A DNA stretch of 63,702 bases, filler included, from Stramenopiles sp. TOSAG23-2 (taxonomy: Eukaryota), in assembly GCA_900128395.1 (NCBI GenBank). It is 27 parts of 27 records of this genome, joined end to end, with 100 filler letters (N's around TTAATTAATTAA, not from the genome) between each part and the next. Parts side by side here need not be neighbours in the genome. Positions count along the whole stretch, not along the records: positions 60,173 to 61,282 come from LT653697.1; positions 61,383 to 62,492 come from LT653698.1; positions 62,593 to 63,702 come from LT653699.1; 24 more parts are not named here. One strand, written 5' to 3'. The notes under the pieces are model-generated. The model did no database searches. It saw only the letters and a program-made list of their open reading frames with translations, and was not told the DNA's origin. Positions 60,397-63,702 of the stretch are shown here, in pieces. Every line of letters starts with the position of its first letter. Within the stretch, counting starts at the first letter, position 1. The translations under genes and the position numbers were made by a program.

Positions 60397-61500
60397 TATA
60401 ATATTAATTTTTAGATTTTTTTTATTTTCTAGTATATACAACTTGTACAACTTTTTAGATTGTTTTGTTTTCTTTCGTTTTATCAATTTTGAATCAATTG
60501 CTTCGTATCTTGTATCATCTTCTTCTTCTTTTTCTTAAAAAAGCAGCGCTTCACACAATTTTGTTCTTTGTTCTTTTTTGGTCTATTAATGTTCTAAAAG
60601 CACGTGCTTTACTAACTTATTTTAAATAAGGACAATGGAGGAAGAAGAAAAAGTAAAAGGGGTTAGACTCTAATATTTGTTTCAGATTTTGTGTGATGAA
60701 ACTTGATGGGAAAATCTCAAAGAAAAAAAAATCAACTGTAGAGTGCTATATCATAGCATGGCAGACGACAAGACGGCGGCTATTTTTATAGAAGAATAAA
60801 AAAACAAAACAAAAAAACAGGTCTCAAATCACCAAAATATCAAAAGATACTCATCCTAAATGAATTAGTACAAAATATCCGGAAATAAAACAACCATTTA
60901 TTCAGAATAGATATATAATTTTTCCCCCATAGTATAATAGTGAATAGTCTTTAAAAATGCACTTTTTCGACTTTATGAGATCCCAGAGATGCACTCATGA
61001 TTTCCTTGAAATTATTATCATTTTTGATCAATTGAAAAAAAACAAAATCATTATAATTTAGTCTAATATTTATTTTTTATTGAATTAACCCTGGTGTGTG
61101 TTAGACTTTTTGTTGTTTTTGTGTAAAAAAGAAAATATATATATCAGAGATAGTAGTAGTAGCAATAATAATATATACATCATCCAAGTACAAAGGGAGT
61201 CTATATATATATATATCTGTTTAAAGTTATGTACATTGTTTGGGTATAAGTAACATGAACTCGACGAGGGATAATATATATCNNNNNNNNNNNNNNNNNN
61301 NNNNNNNNNNNNNNNNNNNNNNNNNNTTAATTAATTAANNNNNNNNNNNNNNNNNNNNNNNNNNNNNNNNNNNNNNNNNNNNATTATTATATCAATATGG
61401 CAAATTATTGATACGTATTACTTATTTCAAAATTATGCAACATTTCGTATGCAGTTTCCATATTTAGAATTATCATCTCAAGCACTCGTAAAGAAGAATA

Positions 61501-61689
61501 TTTAAACAAGGACGTAGAGGGACAGTTATTGAGGCACCCTCACGTAAGGACAGAAAATGGAAAGTTAAGTTCAATAATGATATTAAAAAATACAGATTAA
61601 TTAAAGGATGTGACTTACAACTTTACGAAGGAGTAGCTTTTTCACCTAACTCTGAATCACAGACAGAGAAAAACTCTTTTGAATACTAA
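61501..61689 (+). pseudogene. SH3/KOW-like C-terminal module, second copy of the family at 58262
   Basis: FKQGRRGTVIEAPSRKDRKWKVKFNNDIKKYRLIKGCDLQLY...FEY*; stops lie immediately upstream in this frame. Confidence 0.5.
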
Positions 61690-62332
61690 AATGATTTACT
61701 ATGTTTATATTAATAAATGAGTATTTAAATCATTTTTGATTTGAGATGTTAACTTCCGGGAGTAAAAGAAATTTATATATATATCATAATTATATGTGAG
61801 TAAGAGAAATAATATATACGAGAAATAATAATAATATATGATACACGAAGTGTTCGTATAATATTATTCGAAGTATATATATATTAATATTTATTTCATA
61901 TTTATAAATATATGAATTAATATATTATATTTTTATACTACGAGTACTCGTAGTTCGTGTAATAGTTATATGAACCCGACGTCCATCGCGTTCAACGAGA
62001 GCGCACGGAAGGATAGAAACCTACTCACATGCTTGTAGGCTATAGATTATTATTCTTGAGATTGAGTATTGAGCTTATTACTTAGCACGGGAAGTAAAAT
62101 TATTAATACTCGTAACTTAGACTTTAACAACCATCATTATAGTATCATATAATTATATATTTTATATATATATACGAGTATATATATATGTTTTTTATAT
62201 TTACATTTTTTTACATTTTACATTTTTTTTAATTGGTGCATTGAGTCACTTTATTATCATATTTTCTGTGCATGTGGAGACACAACATATTTATACGAAG
62301 TACATAATACAATACCACATGTCCAAAAAGAA

Positions 62333-62369
<37 letters not shown>

Positions 62370-63353
62370 ATATACATATATCAATACATAGTCTAGATTT
62401 TTCATAACTATACGCGTTTATCATGTGCTTCTAAATGGTACAACACGATGTATATGGACAATTTAATTACTTGTACACATCATGTGTTTATTNNNNNNNN
62501 NNNNNNNNNNNNNNNNNNNNNNNNNNNNNNNNNNNNTTAATTAATTAANNNNNNNNNNNNNNNNNNNNNNNNNNNNNNNNNNNNNNNNNNNNGTTTTAAA
62601 AAAATTCCACGTGAAAGTCCAAGAACTGTTGTTGATGATTCGTAGTTATATATATATATATTATTTGAAAATATAATATTTTACAATTATTTTTGAGAAA
62701 AGTTGTTGTTGGGGGAAAAAGTAAAAACAGAACGAAGGTTCGTATGGAGAGAAAAGTGTTTTTGTCGTAAAAAATATAAAAAGAGGGATGAAGGAGAAAG
62801 GGTATATATTTTATTAAAATGTGTTGAGCGTGCGTTTAAAAGTAAATGTGAGCGCGCATTATAGTGACGTATAACACATTAAATATTGATACACACGGTC
62901 CGTTTAGTATGTAAAAAACTTTTGTATTTTCCAGATAGAGTATTATTTTATAAAAAACGTATTAAACTATTCATATTTAATTTGCACTCTTTTATCGCTT
63001 TGTATGTGATCGATATTAGAGTGGGGGTGTGGAAAAGTGGATATATAGGGATATTGTAGTTGGTAGTATATAAATATAAAATATTAATTATTATGCGTAA
63101 ACACTTATTGATACCCGTTTGATCCTCTCCGTTTTTATTTTATATTGTTGTATAGCATTTATAATTGTGATTTCATATTATTATCATTAAGTTTTGTCGT
63201 AGTAAAATAATCATCATCAATCAATCATCACAGTGTTTTTTTTAGTAGTTATGCACTTATTATTTTATAAATACAGTGTACATAGATTATTTATACAGAT
63301 TTCAAGAGATACAATTTGAACAACGTAAGCGATAAAGTGTCTGTAGAGAAACG

Positions 63354-63702
63354 ATGGAAGGCATAGAAGCATTAGCATCGTTGTTAAAGCATAATAGAAC
63401 AACCAGTGATGACGATGAACAATCACCATCTTTTTCCCCAAATTCATTAACATGTTCATCCTCTGGGAAAAGTAACAGTCAAATGAATGATAAAAATAAT
63501 GTGGTATTGTTTATCACCGGTGCTGGTTTATCTAAATCATCTGGTATACCAACCTATCGATCCAACTCCTCTTCATCCACGGCAACAACGACATCAGCAA
63601 CAGCTCAGGAAAATACTAGTATGAATAACGCGACATGGAGTCGATTCGTATATAAATGGGGAACTAGACAACAATTTTTGAAAGATCCATTAATATGGTA
63701 TA
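63354..63702 (+). CDS. Sir2-family (sirtuin) NAD-dependent deacylase (3'-partial)
   Basis: Not in the ORF track. From ATG 63354: ...VVLFITGAGLSKSSGIPTYR...W...GTRQQFLKDPLIWY. Confidence 0.8.
   Translation, partial: MEGIEALASLLKHNRTTSDDDEQSPSFSPNSLTCSSSGKSNSQMNDKNNVVLFITGAGLSKSSGIPTYRSNSSSSTATTTSATAQENTSMNNATWSRFVYKWGTRQQFLKDPLIWY

Noticed and set aside
3715-62592. Regularly spaced TTAATTAATTAA repeats as a CRISPR array or telomere/IES signal
   Set aside because: They are embedded in fixed N runs and are a synthetic contig linker.
63325-63346. 22-nt GTAAGC...TGTAG micro-intron upstream of the sirtuin
   Set aside because: Splicing does not give an open upstream frame (TGA in the required frame).

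Overview
The window is not continuous DNA. It is 27 unrelated contigs joined by 100-nt linkers (N44-TTAATTAATTAA-N44) and ordered by falling length: twelve of about 3.7 kb, then fifteen of about 1.1 kb. Synteny therefore only means something within a contig. The sequence is eukaryotic, very AT-rich, intron-poor and rich in poly-Asn. Ciliary genes (IFT80, ARMC2, ARMC9) point to a flagellated protist; a stramenopile-like MAG/SAG is my inference. Other recognisable genes are DNAJC25, a ubinuclein with an added HMG box, phytochelatin synthase, Mpv17/PMP22, a GH78 rhamnosidase with an inserted SUEL lectin, an MFS transporter, a multi-TM/LRR protein (one intron resolved), ankyrin and MORN proteins, a D-aminoacylase-like enzyme and a sirtuin. 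Several MITE-like hairpins and dispersed repeats are also present. The most striking locus is 15955-18956: a MYRF-like putative DNA-binding domain, a peptidase S74/ICA self-cleaving chaperone and a coiled coil, continuing in frame past a single TGA into a MAP3K-like kinase. Also notable are ~175-bp inverted repeats bracketing the whole ARMC2 gene. All family assignments come from motif recognition by eye, not database searches.
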